Shown here piece by piece: positions 43,726-52,904 of a stretch of 64,000 nt of DNA. The notes under the pieces were generated by a model. The model was given only the letters and a program-made list of their open reading frames with translations, ran no database searches and was not told where the DNA came from. The DNA lies in the IMG/VR virus record IMGVR_UViG_3300050014_000823, positions 62,001 through 126,000 of that record, one strand, 5' to 3'. Position 1 is the stretch's first letter. Each line of letters starts with the position of its first letter. A program made the translations under genes and the position numbers.

Positions 43726-44613
43726 CTACAAATCCAGTGGATAAAAATTCTTCTTGAAGTTATTTGCAAGTAAATCCCGATACTGTTTATAGTCATCTTT
43801 GCCATTCTGATGCTTCGTCAGAAGAAATGTTAAAACTGCTTGATTTACTTCCTTATCCATTTTCAATTTCGTTCCTGCTGCTGATTTATCACCTAACAAA
43901 TATAGTGCAATTTTCTTACAGAGTTCCAAATCAATGTCCTCAGTAGCAATCTTTTTCACAAAAAGGTCGGTAGGATACCACATTTTATACTTGGCACTGA
44001 TGGTTTCGGCTTTCTTGCCTAACTTGGTCATATGATAGAAACTAATCACTATAATACCATGAGTCTCAGGCACTACGAAGACTGTTGTTGGGTTTAATCC
44101 CATATGAGTATAGCCAACTTGACCAAACCACAATGAAATTTCGAACATCCTGGAAAACAGCCAATTAACGTGATGTTGTGGTAATTTCTGTCCTGTTAAG
44201 GGCACTGCACGGTCTTTCAGATTTATTACGAGTTTGTCTTTTTCTAAGACCATACTTTCTGGCAGGTATCTTTTGAAATTGTCTGACGCTTTGTCATGAA
44301 GTGCCATTAAAGTATTGTAATTATTGACTGATTTAGTCAGCAGCTTACGATTGGCATCAGTCACGACATACTCAATGCGCTTTTCGAATACCTTGAATGG
44401 TCCGGTTTCATCAACATAAGGAGTACCATTTTCGATGACATCCTTATAGTGATTCATAATTGCCATTGCGTTGCTTGCGCCACTAAGACTACAAGCATCT
44501 GGGTGAATTAATTTACTGTAACGCAAATAATCCTTTTTCCAATCATCGGTAGAAAAAATGTCTGAGGGTTTCTTTGACTTAATTAGTTTGTCAACGAGTT
44601 CAACGTCTGTCAT
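43726..44613 (-). CDS. J-domain-like (HPD) plus protein-kinase-fold (pseudokinase) protein
   Basis: YSKLIHPD; WLFSRMFE..GYTHMGLNPTTVFVVPETHG. Confidence 0.65.
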   Translation of the reverse strand: MTDVELVDKLIKSKKPSDIFSTDDWKKDYLRYSKLIHPDACSLSGASNAMAIMNHYKDVIENGTPYVDETGPFKVFEKRIEYVVTDANRKLLTKSVNNYNTLMALHDKASDNFKRYLPESMVLEKDKLVINLKDRAVPLTGQKLPQHHVNWLFSRMFEISLWFGQVGYTHMGLNPTTVFVVPETHGIIVISFYHMTKLGKKAETISAKYKMWYPTDLFVKKIATEDIDLELCKKIALYLLGDKSAAGTKLKMDKEVNQAVLTFLLTKHQNGKDDYKQYRDLLANNFKKNFYPLDL

Positions 44614-45209
44614 TATGTTCGCTTTATTGAGTAGTTAAAAAATCTTTCTATTCTATATACTATATTGGGTGTTAGTCCACTATATGCATCACACTGAAAA
44701 AAGTTATATTGTTGCCAGAGCAACATATCCGAGTCATCGTCAATGATTGCATAACGGCTGAATTCGTGGCTGTGTACACCAAACCATTTTTGACAATTAT
44801 CATCCAGCCATTTGTATATTTCAACACCACGTATTCTTTCATTGCAATATCCGGTTTTATCTATTATTGTAAATGTACCGCCACAATAATTGAATATTTC
44901 CTGTAATTCTTCCGGAGTCCAACCACTTCTCATTGATGCTGAGAGGACTACAGCACTGTTGGTTCTTTCACAAAGTCCATTAAGCATGTCCATACGCATC
45001 GGACACATTTCACCTTTATAGTAATCCCACTTAGAAATTTCCTTTGTCTTAAGCATCTTCCGGAGATATTTCTTCACTGTCTTATAGAAAGGTATACCAC
45101 TATATTGTGTCAAGTGTTTATACCTTTCAGTATAAAATAACTGACAATTCAAAACACCATCAACGTCCAAAAACACCAAATTTTGAAATTTATTAAGTTC
45201 TGGTTCCAT
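44613..45209 (-). CDS. HAD domain protein (RNA-repair 'Swiss army knife' type)
   Basis: FLDVDGVLN, VLSASMR, RGVEI, IIDDDSD, GLT. Confidence 0.8.
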   Translation of the reverse strand: MEPELNKFQNLVFLDVDGVLNCQLFYTERYKHLTQYSGIPFYKTVKKYLRKMLKTKEISKWDYYKGEMCPMRMDMLNGLCERTNSAVVLSASMRSGWTPEELQEIFNYCGGTFTIIDKTGYCNERIRGVEIYKWLDDNCQKWFGVHSHEFSRYAIIDDDSDMLLWQQYNFFQCDAYSGLTPNIVYRIERFFNYSIKRT

Positions 45210-46002
45210 TTTTATATATATTATATTTACGCATTAAATAATATTTAAAATTATTGTCACCATAAATGTAATTTAAAAATTTATCTGCACCTTTATATAG
45301 ATACATTTTCCACACATTTGGCTTATTCTTAGAGACTTTGGTTCTTGACAATTCATTAATACCCATATCGGTCAATAAAATACCAATAAAGTCTAACACT
45401 TCTTTGGTTGAAATGAGACTTATTCGCAACTTTCCTTGATTTCGAAAACCAACTGACCCGTCACCATCAAATAATCCCGCAATAAAATAAGAATAATATT
45501 CTTCATCAATCTTAGGAAATTCCAATGCATTGGTTTTATTTGATGTTATGCCCAAATTAATTAAATGTTCTACAAACAACTCATTACCAATTTGAATTGA
45601 ATATCCGGTATATGTTTTATTGGTTCGCTTATCGAAATTAGTTCTTATGCTAATAGCATGTTCTGCACCAATAGCTTTCTTAAAATTTTCAATAACAATT
45701 AAATCTTTTGATATTAATGAAACTTTATTATTACTTTTCTTAATATTGCCATCCGCACAAATAAATCCAAGCCAATATGCTTTATCCGGAGAATTGATTT
45801 CCTTGAAATAGTCTATACTAAGTGCAAGATGACTCATATTCAATCTACTCTTTTTTTGTTTGGAGATACCGTTTCTCATTAAAATTAATCGAATTCCTGG
45901 TTGAGTTCTTCCGTACTTCAATGCAATTGATTTTTGTGACATTGTTTTGGATAATTCAATAATTTCCATTTCCAATGCTTTAGTTGCAGGTCTTGTTGTC
46001 AT
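45193..46002 (-). CDS. LAGLIDADG homing endonuclease
   Basis: AYWLGFICADG and FIAGLFDGDG. Confidence 0.9.
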   Translation of the reverse strand: MTTRPATKALEMEIIELSKTMSQKSIALKYGRTQPGIRLILMRNGISKQKKSRLNMSHLALSIDYFKEINSPDKAYWLGFICADGNIKKSNNKVSLISKDLIVIENFKKAIGAEHAISIRTNFDKRTNKTYTGYSIQIGNELFVEHLINLGITSNKTNALEFPKIDEEYYSYFIAGLFDGDGSVGFRNQGKLRISLISTKEVLDFIGILLTDMGINELSRTKVSKNKPNVWKMYLYKGADKFLNYIYGDNNFKYYLMRKYNIYKNGTRT

Positions 46003-46328
46003 AATAATCTTTTCATATAAATACGTTCCTACATCTAAAAAGATTATATCAGTTCTAATTCTTCGTCAATTTCTAACTGCTGTTCTTCGAAGGTCTCAAC
46101 TTTGCAGCTTTCACCGCAATAACTTTCGAATGTCAGTTGCAGTAATGCACGGAATTCATCGAGTTCAACTTGGTTATCAAAATAGAAATCTCCATCGAGT
46201 TTCCATTCACTGTCTTGAATCCCCACGGACATGTCGCCCGGAAGTTTAATGTAAAACCCAGTGATTTTCTGAATCTTAGATGCGTTCTCTGCAATTTTAT
46301 TGAACTTTTCCATGATTAAATTTTTCTG

Positions 46329-46358
46329 ATTATACGTAAGCGATTGGATAATGTTACA
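46329..46358 (-). promoter_or_regulatory. Phage promoter motif, leftward at the divergence point
   Basis: attatacgtaagcgattggataatgttaca. Confidence 0.8.
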
Positions 46359-46451
46359 AAAATACACAAATAAATTTATAATACAATAATAATTTGCTAA
46401 TGTCAAAAATTTTACTACATTTGTCCTATGAAGTTTACCTGTATATAATAA

Positions 46452-46532
46452 TATGGTATATAAACACGATAAAAGAGAAATATGCAGTTAAAATACGATA
46501 AAATGATTTTATGTACAAAATAAACGATAAAA
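46452..46532 (+). repeat. Three phased direct repeats TATG-N10-ACGATAAAA, 29-bp period
   Basis: ACGATAAAA at 46466, 46495, 46524; TATG at 46452, 46481, 46510. Confidence 0.75.
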
Positions 46533-46534
46533 AT

Positions 46535-46564
46535 TGTAACCTTTTATTTTTAAATTCGTATAAT
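46535..46564 (+). promoter_or_regulatory. Phage promoter motif, rightward at the divergence point
   Basis: tgtaaccttttatttttaaattcgtataat. Confidence 0.8.
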
Positions 46565-47008
46565 GGTGTGAAGTATGGAAGAAATTAGAAAACATATCGA
46601 AGAAAATCTCAACGATGCCAAAAGAGAGTATGATAATATCTACTATCATTATGAGCAAGCCAAGGAAGCCATGCAACGTGCTAAAACGGAAATGGAATCC
46701 CTACAAGAATCATGTGTGAAGGTGAGAAATAAAATGGTATATTTTGAAAAATTATTAAATGAACTAAATGATAATGAAATATGAACGAAGTAGTAAAAAT
46801 TAACGAAGGAGCATGGGTATTGATAGGTTTTGTTGCATTCATTGCAGTTATATTCATATTATTATACATGAATGCTAATGGTGCATTTAAGAATAAAAAC
46901 ACTAAAAGTGCATCAGATGGATTTGCTAAAGAATTTAAAAAAAGACCAGATGAAAAACATCACACGACTTAATTGAAGATACTCAGTATTTATATTAAAT
47001 TTTCAACC

Positions 47009-47650
47009 ATGTACATATATAAAATAACCAATAATATTAACCAAAAAATTTACATCGGGAAACACGCATCCAAAAGAAAGTGTTATTGGGGTTCAGGTAA
47101 ATTAATAAAATTGGCAATTAAAAAACATGGAATAGAAAATTTTACCAAAGAAATTATTGAAACTTGTGACAATGAAGAGCAATTATCAATTCGTGAAATT
47201 TTTTGGATAGAATATTATGGCTCAAGAAACAGATTAATTGGGTATAATATTACAGAGGGTGGTGACGGTAATAAAGCAATATGTAATGGATTTTGGCGTG
47301 ATAAAAAATTGAGTGATGAACATAGAAAAAACATATCTAAGCATCATGCAGATGTCACCGGAGATAAAAATCCAATGTTTGGAAAGACACAAGCTAATTC
47401 GGTAAAAGAGAATTTAAAGAAGATAAAAACCGGTTTAAATTATTCAAACGAAACTAAATTAAAACATTCAAAAAGAACAAAAGGTAGTAATAATCCAAAT
47501 TCCAAGTTAAATGATGTAATTGTATTAAATATAAGAAAAGAATATAGTGATGGAATAAGCACAAATGACCTTGCAAAAAAATATGGTGTAAATAAACCGT
47601 GTATATGGAAAATAGTACACAATTATACTTGGAAACATTTAAAACAATAA
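47009..47650 (+). CDS. GIY-YIG (Seg-like) homing endonuclease
   Basis: YIYKITN..YIGKH..YWGSG, REIFWI, GYNITEGG, NUMOD3 and terminal HTH. Confidence 0.9.
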   Translation: MYIYKITNNINQKIYIGKHASKRKCYWGSGKLIKLAIKKHGIENFTKEIIETCDNEEQLSIREIFWIEYYGSRNRLIGYNITEGGDGNKAICNGFWRDKKLSDEHRKNISKHHADVTGDKNPMFGKTQANSVKENLKKIKTGLNYSNETKLKHSKRTKGSNNPNSKLNDVIVLNIRKEYSDGISTNDLAKKYGVNKPCIWKIVHNYTWKHLKQ

Positions 47651-47652
47651 AT

Positions 47653-48222
47653 ATGAATACAACATTTAAAAATTTAAGAGAAATTGCACGTAAACAATAC
47701 AATGATTCTAATTGTAGTTATGGTGATGGTGAATATATGATTCATATTGATATGGTGAGCGATTTTCTTTTTAATCACATTGCAGTATTTAAAACACTTA
47801 ATGATGCCGAAAACACATTAAATGCATCGCTTTTTCACGATAGCATGGAAGATGCCAAACAAACCTATAACGATATTTGTATGGTTGCAGGTAAAGACGT
47901 TGCCGACATTACATTAGGTGTAACCGATGTACCTGCCGAAAACCGTCTGATGAAGCATTTGCTAACAATGGGTAAAACTGTTCGTGACTATCGTGCAATC
48001 ATACTGAAAATGGCTGATATGTATTCAAATGCCAAGTACAGTAAGCAAAGTGGCAGTACTATGTATGTAAAGTATGTTGCAGAGTACCGCTATCGTAAGC
48101 CAATATTTGAAATGGCATTAAGTTGGTACAAGAACGACCTTAACCAAGAAGTACTTGCTGTCATTTGGAAAGAACTTGACGAAATTCACACACCAGATAA
48201 TTTTGTTCTTAAAACGATATAG
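47653..48222 (+). CDS. HD hydrolase, RelA/SpoT (Mesh1)-like
   Basis: Y..H...V, FHDSMED, VTD, LKMAD..N. Confidence 0.7.
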   Translation: MNTTFKNLREIARKQYNDSNCSYGDGEYMIHIDMVSDFLFNHIAVFKTLNDAENTLNASLFHDSMEDAKQTYNDICMVAGKDVADITLGVTDVPAENRLMKHLLTMGKTVRDYRAIILKMADMYSNAKYSKQSGSTMYVKYVAEYRYRKPIFEMALSWYKNDLNQEVLAVIWKELDEIHTPDNFVLKTI

Positions 48223-48270
48223 GGTATGCCGAAAACCTCATAGAGTAGGCACAATTAATACACATTAAAC

Positions 48271-49290
48271 ATGTTGTTATTTAAAATTTTAGCTTGGCTC
48301 ATATTAATTTATGGGATTGTTGCACTCATCCTGCGCACAGTAAAGGTTGTTAATGAAGTCCCGGATGGTGACAAAGACAGCTACGGCAGACAGAAAACCA
48401 AAAAAGTCAGTGAAAGCATCAAATTGCCATTCGCAATTCCTTCACTTATTTTAGGTTTAATTACTGCTGTTACTCTTGCACTTGTTACAATCGTTGGCGC
48501 ACAGGAAGTTGGCGTTATTACTACCCCGCAGGGAGTCGTAGAACAGCCGTTACACACTGGTTGGCATATGGTGATGCCTTGGAATAAAGTTCATTTTATG
48601 GACAAAACCGTATGGGTATATACTTGTGCACAAGCCATTAAAGAAGGCGCAAAGCCTAATGCAGACGCAATCTGGGCACCGACTAAGGACGGTATTAAGA
48701 TGGGTTTTGACGTATCAGTTTCATGGAGAATTGTCGGTAATGAAGCACCGTGGATTTATCAGAACGTAACTGAGAATGATGGTGGTAATTCAGGTAGATA
48801 TATTTGGCTCGAAGAAAACGTAATCAGACCCAAATTAAAATCCGCTATGGCATTAACAGTATCTAACTACACCCCTATCGAAGCCTACAGTACCAAAAGA
48901 CAGGACATTCAGAACGATATTCTTAATCGTATGATTGCCGAATGTAAGCAGTACAAGTTGCAGATTGACAACGTTGACGTAAGAGAGGTTTACTACAACC
49001 CCGAATACGAAACATCAATCAACAACAAGAAACTTGCAGAACAGGAAGCATTACGTCTTGTGGAAGTTACCAAACAGCGTGAGGAACTTAAGAAACAGGA
49101 AGCCATCAACAAGGATATCGCTATCTTGAAGGCAGAAGGTGAAGCTAAGTCATTACAGATTAAAGGTAACTCAATCTCTAACAACCCGAAGATTATCCAG
49201 CTTGAGTGGGTAAACAAATGGGATGGAAAATTACCTATCTACATGATGGGTGATGCGCAGAGTGTCATGATGAACATGAATAATAAATAG
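48271..49290 (+). CDS. SPFH/prohibitin (band 7) membrane protein
   Basis: TM helices; GWHMVMPW, TKDG, AEGEAKS, KWDGKLP. Confidence 0.9.
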   Translation: MLLFKILAWLILIYGIVALILRTVKVVNEVPDGDKDSYGRQKTKKVSESIKLPFAIPSLILGLITAVTLALVTIVGAQEVGVITTPQGVVEQPLHTGWHMVMPWNKVHFMDKTVWVYTCAQAIKEGAKPNADAIWAPTKDGIKMGFDVSVSWRIVGNEAPWIYQNVTENDGGNSGRYIWLEENVIRPKLKSAMALTVSNYTPIEAYSTKRQDIQNDILNRMIAECKQYKLQIDNVDVREVYYNPEYETSINNKKLAEQEALRLVEVTKQREELKKQEAINKDIAILKAEGEAKSLQIKGNSISNNPKIIQLEWVNKWDGKLPIYMMGDAQSVMMNMNNK

Positions 49291-49306
49291 AGTTTCCCGG
49301 CATAAG

Positions 49307-49338
49307 AAAGAGGATGATGAAAATCACCCTCTTTTTTT
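49307..49338 (+). terminator. Intrinsic terminator
   Basis: AAGAGG..CCTCTT followed by T-tract. Confidence 0.7.
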
Positions 49339-49413
49339 ATGTAAAAATGAGTGAGAATAACGCATTGCTACATTATGAACTCACTCACCCTCTGAAAACA
49401 AAAAAAAATTGTT

Positions 49414-49599
49414 TTAGATGTGTGCACCGCCTAAATAGGCAAAAACCCCAAACACCTTAAGTAGCCAAAGGATAACAGCAATTACTGCAACAATGTTGAA
49501 TATTTGCTTGATTTTTCCATCCATAGGAATGTAGTTGTTGACTGCCCACATGAGAAGTCCAACACAAATTAATACGATTAAAACTGTAAGTACTGGCAT
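49414..49599 (-). CDS. Thivi_2564-like small membrane protein
   Basis: LIVLICVGLLMWAVNNYIPMDGKIKQIFNIVAVIAVILWLL. Confidence 0.75.
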   Translation of the reverse strand: MPVLTVLIVLICVGLLMWAVNNYIPMDGKIKQIFNIVAVIAVILWLLKVFGVFAYLGGAHI

Positions 49600-49603
49600 G
49601 TTT

Positions 49604-49915
49604 TTAATTTTTTATTTTTTTAAAGTTATTTTTGTTGTAGTTCTTCCACCACGAACAATTCCTACTATTACTGCAACGCATGCAATAACAAGAAGAGCGT
49701 GAATTAACCGTTACAATAGAGTCTTTTGGAAATGTTCCATTACCAATGGTTGTCCCACCAAGAACTGGATTTGACGATAATGCTACCGTATATTCCACCT
49801 TTGGTGTAGGGCATATTCCAACGAGTTCGTTGAAATTGTCTTTTTTACATGTGACAAGCATAATCAGTGCAATGAATGACATTGCAATGAATGCCAATAA
49901 TTTTTTTGTTTTCAT
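49604..49915 (-). pseudogene. Deletion-fused remnant: lipoprotein N-terminus plus out-of-frame lmo0937-like C-terminus
   Basis: LVTCKKDNF..GICP..ALSSNP..GGTT; alternative frame 49612-49707 LIHALLVIACVAVIVGIVRG. Confidence 0.55.
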
Positions 49916-50129
49916 TTTTGTGTGTATTAAACTACAATTATTTGTATATTGTGTTGCAGTTGACAGAGATAGAGAAATTGAGCAGGGTATGGATACAACA
50001 TATACTATAAATAGAAAATCGACCAAGATAAAAGTTACATAATTCCGATATAATGTTACATGATTCACACATTTGAAAATTGTTTGCATATTTCAAATTT
50101 ATAATTACCTTTACGCAAAATAATTAAAA

Positions 50130-50693
50130 ATGGAAACCGCAGATACAAAAAGATTAGGTCACGTAATGGTAGACCTTGAAACAATGGGAAACAAAAGTAA
50201 TTCTGTTATTTGCTCACTCGGTGCTGTCGAATTTGACATCAACACAGGTGAACTTGGCAGAGAATTCTACACAAGAGTCGATATGCAATCCTGCCTTGAC
50301 AGAGGCTTAATTGTCAATGCTGATACTATTGAATGGTGGCTCATGCAGAGCGAAAGTGCACGTAAGAAAGTTACAGAAGGTATTGGTAAGAATCTTGCAC
50401 AGGCACTCTATGAATTCAAACTTTATCTCGAACAACTCGGTGCGAACACTGTTCAACTTTGGGGGAATGGTGTACGTTTTGACATGGGTATTCTCGAAGA
50501 TGCTTACAGAGCATGCAACTTAAAAGAACCCTGGAATTTCAGATGCGAAAGAGACGTGAGAACACTTGTTTCTTTTGCTCCAGAAGTAAAAGACCACTTT
50601 CCAAAATTCGGTACTGAGCACAATCCAATTGACGACTGCAAGTATCAAATCGGCTATTGCACAGCGATTTGGCAAAACTTAAAAGGAATTTAA
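50130..50693 (+). CDS. DEDDh 3'-5' exonuclease
   Basis: MVDLETMG, WW, WGNG..FD, RDVRT, HNPIDD. Confidence 0.88.
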   Translation: METADTKRLGHVMVDLETMGNKSNSVICSLGAVEFDINTGELGREFYTRVDMQSCLDRGLIVNADTIEWWLMQSESARKKVTEGIGKNLAQALYEFKLYLEQLGANTVQLWGNGVRFDMGILEDAYRACNLKEPWNFRCERDVRTLVSFAPEVKDHFPKFGTEHNPIDDCKYQIGYCTAIWQNLKGI

Positions 50694-50698
50694 TAATT

Positions 50699-50724
50699 AA
50701 GCAGGAAAATTTTCCTGCTTTTTT
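50699..50724 (+). terminator. Intrinsic terminator
   Basis: AAGCAGGAAA..TTTCCTGCTT-TTTT. Confidence 0.75.
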
Positions 50725-50753
50725 GTAACATTTTCATTTCCTTTACGTATAAT
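50724..50753 (+). promoter_or_regulatory. Phage promoter motif TGTAAC-N18-TATAAT
   Basis: tgtaacattttcatttcctttacgtataat. Confidence 0.8.
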
Positions 50754-50758
50754 CACGC

Positions 50759-51553
50759 ATGGCAAAGAGAAAACCTATAGACCCCGAAGTACGCAAAAAA
50801 GAAATGCTTGAAACAGAGTGTAGAGAAATGCGTGAAATGATTGTTGTTGGTATCTTACCACTCAACCCTACGAGATTTTTCGCTGTTGGCGAAAGAGTAC
50901 AGTGGGGAGCATTGGAAGAAACCTACATCAGACAAATCTTTGAAGGTGGCGTATATTATCTCATTGAAAGTATAAATGTTAAACGTTACAGAGACCAACC
51001 CGGTGAAAATGAAATTCGTTACATGGGATGGATTGACCTTTACAAATACAATCAACGTCAACCCACAAATTTTGCCAAACCCGAAGAACATCGTATAAAT
51101 TATCTCAACTCAGGAATATCTTCATTACTTAATATGGTGTATCATTCGGGAGTTGATTTTAATGTTGACTATCAACGTGACCATGTATGGACTCTCGATG
51201 ACAAGATTGCTTTAATTGACAGTATATTTGGCAATGTTGATATTGGCAAGTTTACGTTTGTTCAGCGTGATTTCCGTGTTGAGGGTAAAATTTATGAGAT
51301 TCTTGACGGTAAGCAAAGACTCTCAACCATTGCAGAATTTGTCGAAGGCAGATTTTTATATCATGGTTATACGTTTGCAGAATTAAGTGGTTATGATAAG
51401 CACAGGTTCGAAGCACACCCAATTTCTTGGGGATATTTGGAAAGACCAACTAAACGTGCTATATTTGAAACCTTTATTAAACTCAACACCTGCGGAAGAC
51501 CGATGAAGAACGAAGATATTGACAAAGTAAAAAAATTATTGGATGAACTCTAA
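50759..51553 (+). CDS. DUF262 (ParB-like/GmrS) domain protein
   Basis: YQRDHVW..LIDSI, ILDGKQRL, FIKLN. Confidence 0.85.
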   Translation: MAKRKPIDPEVRKKEMLETECREMREMIVVGILPLNPTRFFAVGERVQWGALEETYIRQIFEGGVYYLIESINVKRYRDQPGENEIRYMGWIDLYKYNQRQPTNFAKPEEHRINYLNSGISSLLNMVYHSGVDFNVDYQRDHVWTLDDKIALIDSIFGNVDIGKFTFVQRDFRVEGKIYEILDGKQRLSTIAEFVEGRFLYHGYTFAELSGYDKHRFEAHPISWGYLERPTKRAIFETFIKLNTCGRPMKNEDIDKVKKLLDEL

Positions 51554-52025
51554 ACCCACATTCTTCCTTGATATGGATGGCGTTATGGTTACAGAAAGAC
51601 AACTTTTTGACCAAATGCATCCCGAATTTCATTTGAGTTATTTCGACCCAGAATGTGTTCAGATATTAAATGAGATATTGTCAAACTTTACCGACTTCGA
51701 CTTGATTTTATCCAGCGATTATCGGTATAATTACGAATTTGACATCATTAATAAAGCCTTTAAAGAATACGGAGTCAATGGCTTACTTTCCGATATTACC
51801 CCCAATCTATGGGGAGTAAGATATAAAAGCTATCAACAACTTGAAGAATGCCGTGCAGAAGAAATTCTTGCTTATGTCAAAGAGCATGAACTTACAAATT
51901 GGGTCGCAATTGATGACCTAAACCTTTCCCCTTGGATTCCCGATAACTTTGCCAGATGTACCGATTATACTCTGGGCATCAAGCAGAGTGGAGTTAAAGA
52001 TAAAATTCTCAAAATCTTAATTTAA
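51543..52025 (+). CDS. HAD domain protein
   Basis: FLDMDGV, LSSDYR, RAEEI, AIDD. Confidence 0.8.
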   Translation: MNSKPTFFLDMDGVMVTERQLFDQMHPEFHLSYFDPECVQILNEILSNFTDFDLILSSDYRYNYEFDIINKAFKEYGVNGLLSDITPNLWGVRYKSYQQLEECRAEEILAYVKEHELTNWVAIDDLNLSPWIPDNFARCTDYTLGIKQSGVKDKILKILI

Positions 52026-52029
52026 AACA

Positions 52030-52596
52030 ATGAAAAACGAAAAATTGGAACTTTTGTTGAACAAGATGGTCACTTATGAAAAAAGTGAAAAACTTGTGTC
52101 TTTGGTGTTTTCTTATAAGGGTTTCCTTTATAAGAACGGCACAGATTCTTACTACATTAAGGTAGTTGAAACCGAAGTCGGACCTACACAGCCTGGTCAG
52201 ATAATCTATTTGAGCAAGGGTGATGAAGACCTCATTACTTTCGCTGCAAAGCCTAAACTTATGCGAGTAAGTTTAAAATCATGGCACTACAGACTCATGC
52301 AGTTCGTTCTCCGTGATAATACTCCAACACCACGAACCATGCAGAATGGTTGTCCGTATTTCTGGCTGTTGGTACTCTCAATGCTTGCATTACCTTTCGT
52401 ACTGATTGGCAAAGGAATAAAAGGAATTTTCCTTGGTGTTATTGGCATTATCAGATGGTGTCTTAAATCGTTGGTTAACGGTTGGCTCCAGAGTATTGAC
52501 GATGTTATGGCATACGAACTTTACTGGAGAGGTAATTACAGTAGCAATTATGGTGTAGCAATGCCGAAAACCGCTAAGTTATACTTCAAGGGTTAA
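52030..52596 (+). CDS. Hypothetical membrane protein, probably interrupted by an IS607 insertion
   Basis: Ends at GG junction; can be continued in frame at 57331. Confidence 0.5.
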   Translation: MKNEKLELLLNKMVTYEKSEKLVSLVFSYKGFLYKNGTDSYYIKVVETEVGPTQPGQIIYLSKGDEDLITFAAKPKLMRVSLKSWHYRLMQFVLRDNTPTPRTMQNGCPYFWLLVLSMLALPFVLIGKGIKGIFLGVIGIIRWCLKSLVNGWLQSIDDVMAYELYWRGNYSSNYGVAMPKTAKLYFKG

Positions 52597-52688
52597 TCAA
52601 CTGCTACGATAATATTTCACAAAATTATACAAAAATTAATAATAATTAACAAAATTTTTCGTACTTTTACAAAAAATATACTATTTAT

Positions 52689-52904
52689 ATGAAAAAGATT
52701 ATTAAAATTATGGAAAATTTGAAAAACCAATCGTTGAAAGTTGTCCGTGTTGATAAACACGAATTCGAACTTGATAATGGTGATGTGTATCCAATACCTT
52801 TCGAATTGGATGTTGATGAAGATATCAGCGTTGAAGAATTTCAGAAGATTCTGGACTCTTCAAAAGAACTGATGCTAAAGATACTTGAACAGTCAAATGA
52901 ATAA
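52689..52904 (+). CDS. Small acidic protein translationally coupled to tnpA
   Basis: Stop overlaps tnpA ATG (ATGAATAA); preceded by CTATTTAT. Confidence 0.65.
   Translation: MKKIIKIMENLKNQSLKVVRVDKHEFELDNGDVYPIPFELDVDEDISVEEFQKILDSSKELMLKILEQSNE

Noticed and set aside
1093-45811. Numerous + strand ORFs antisense to - strand genes
   Set aside because: Shadow frames of real genes with no motifs; only the RHH-like, GIY-YIG and Vsr-like + strand ORFs were accepted.
46452-46532. Mini CRISPR array
   Set aside because: Repeat core is only 9 bp with a 29-bp period and no cas genes; no CRISPR array seen anywhere in the window.
9412-47650. Group I introns around the GIY-YIG/LAGLIDADG genes
   Set aside because: Flanks are only a few to tens of bases, leaving no room for ribozyme cores; the nucleases look free-standing.
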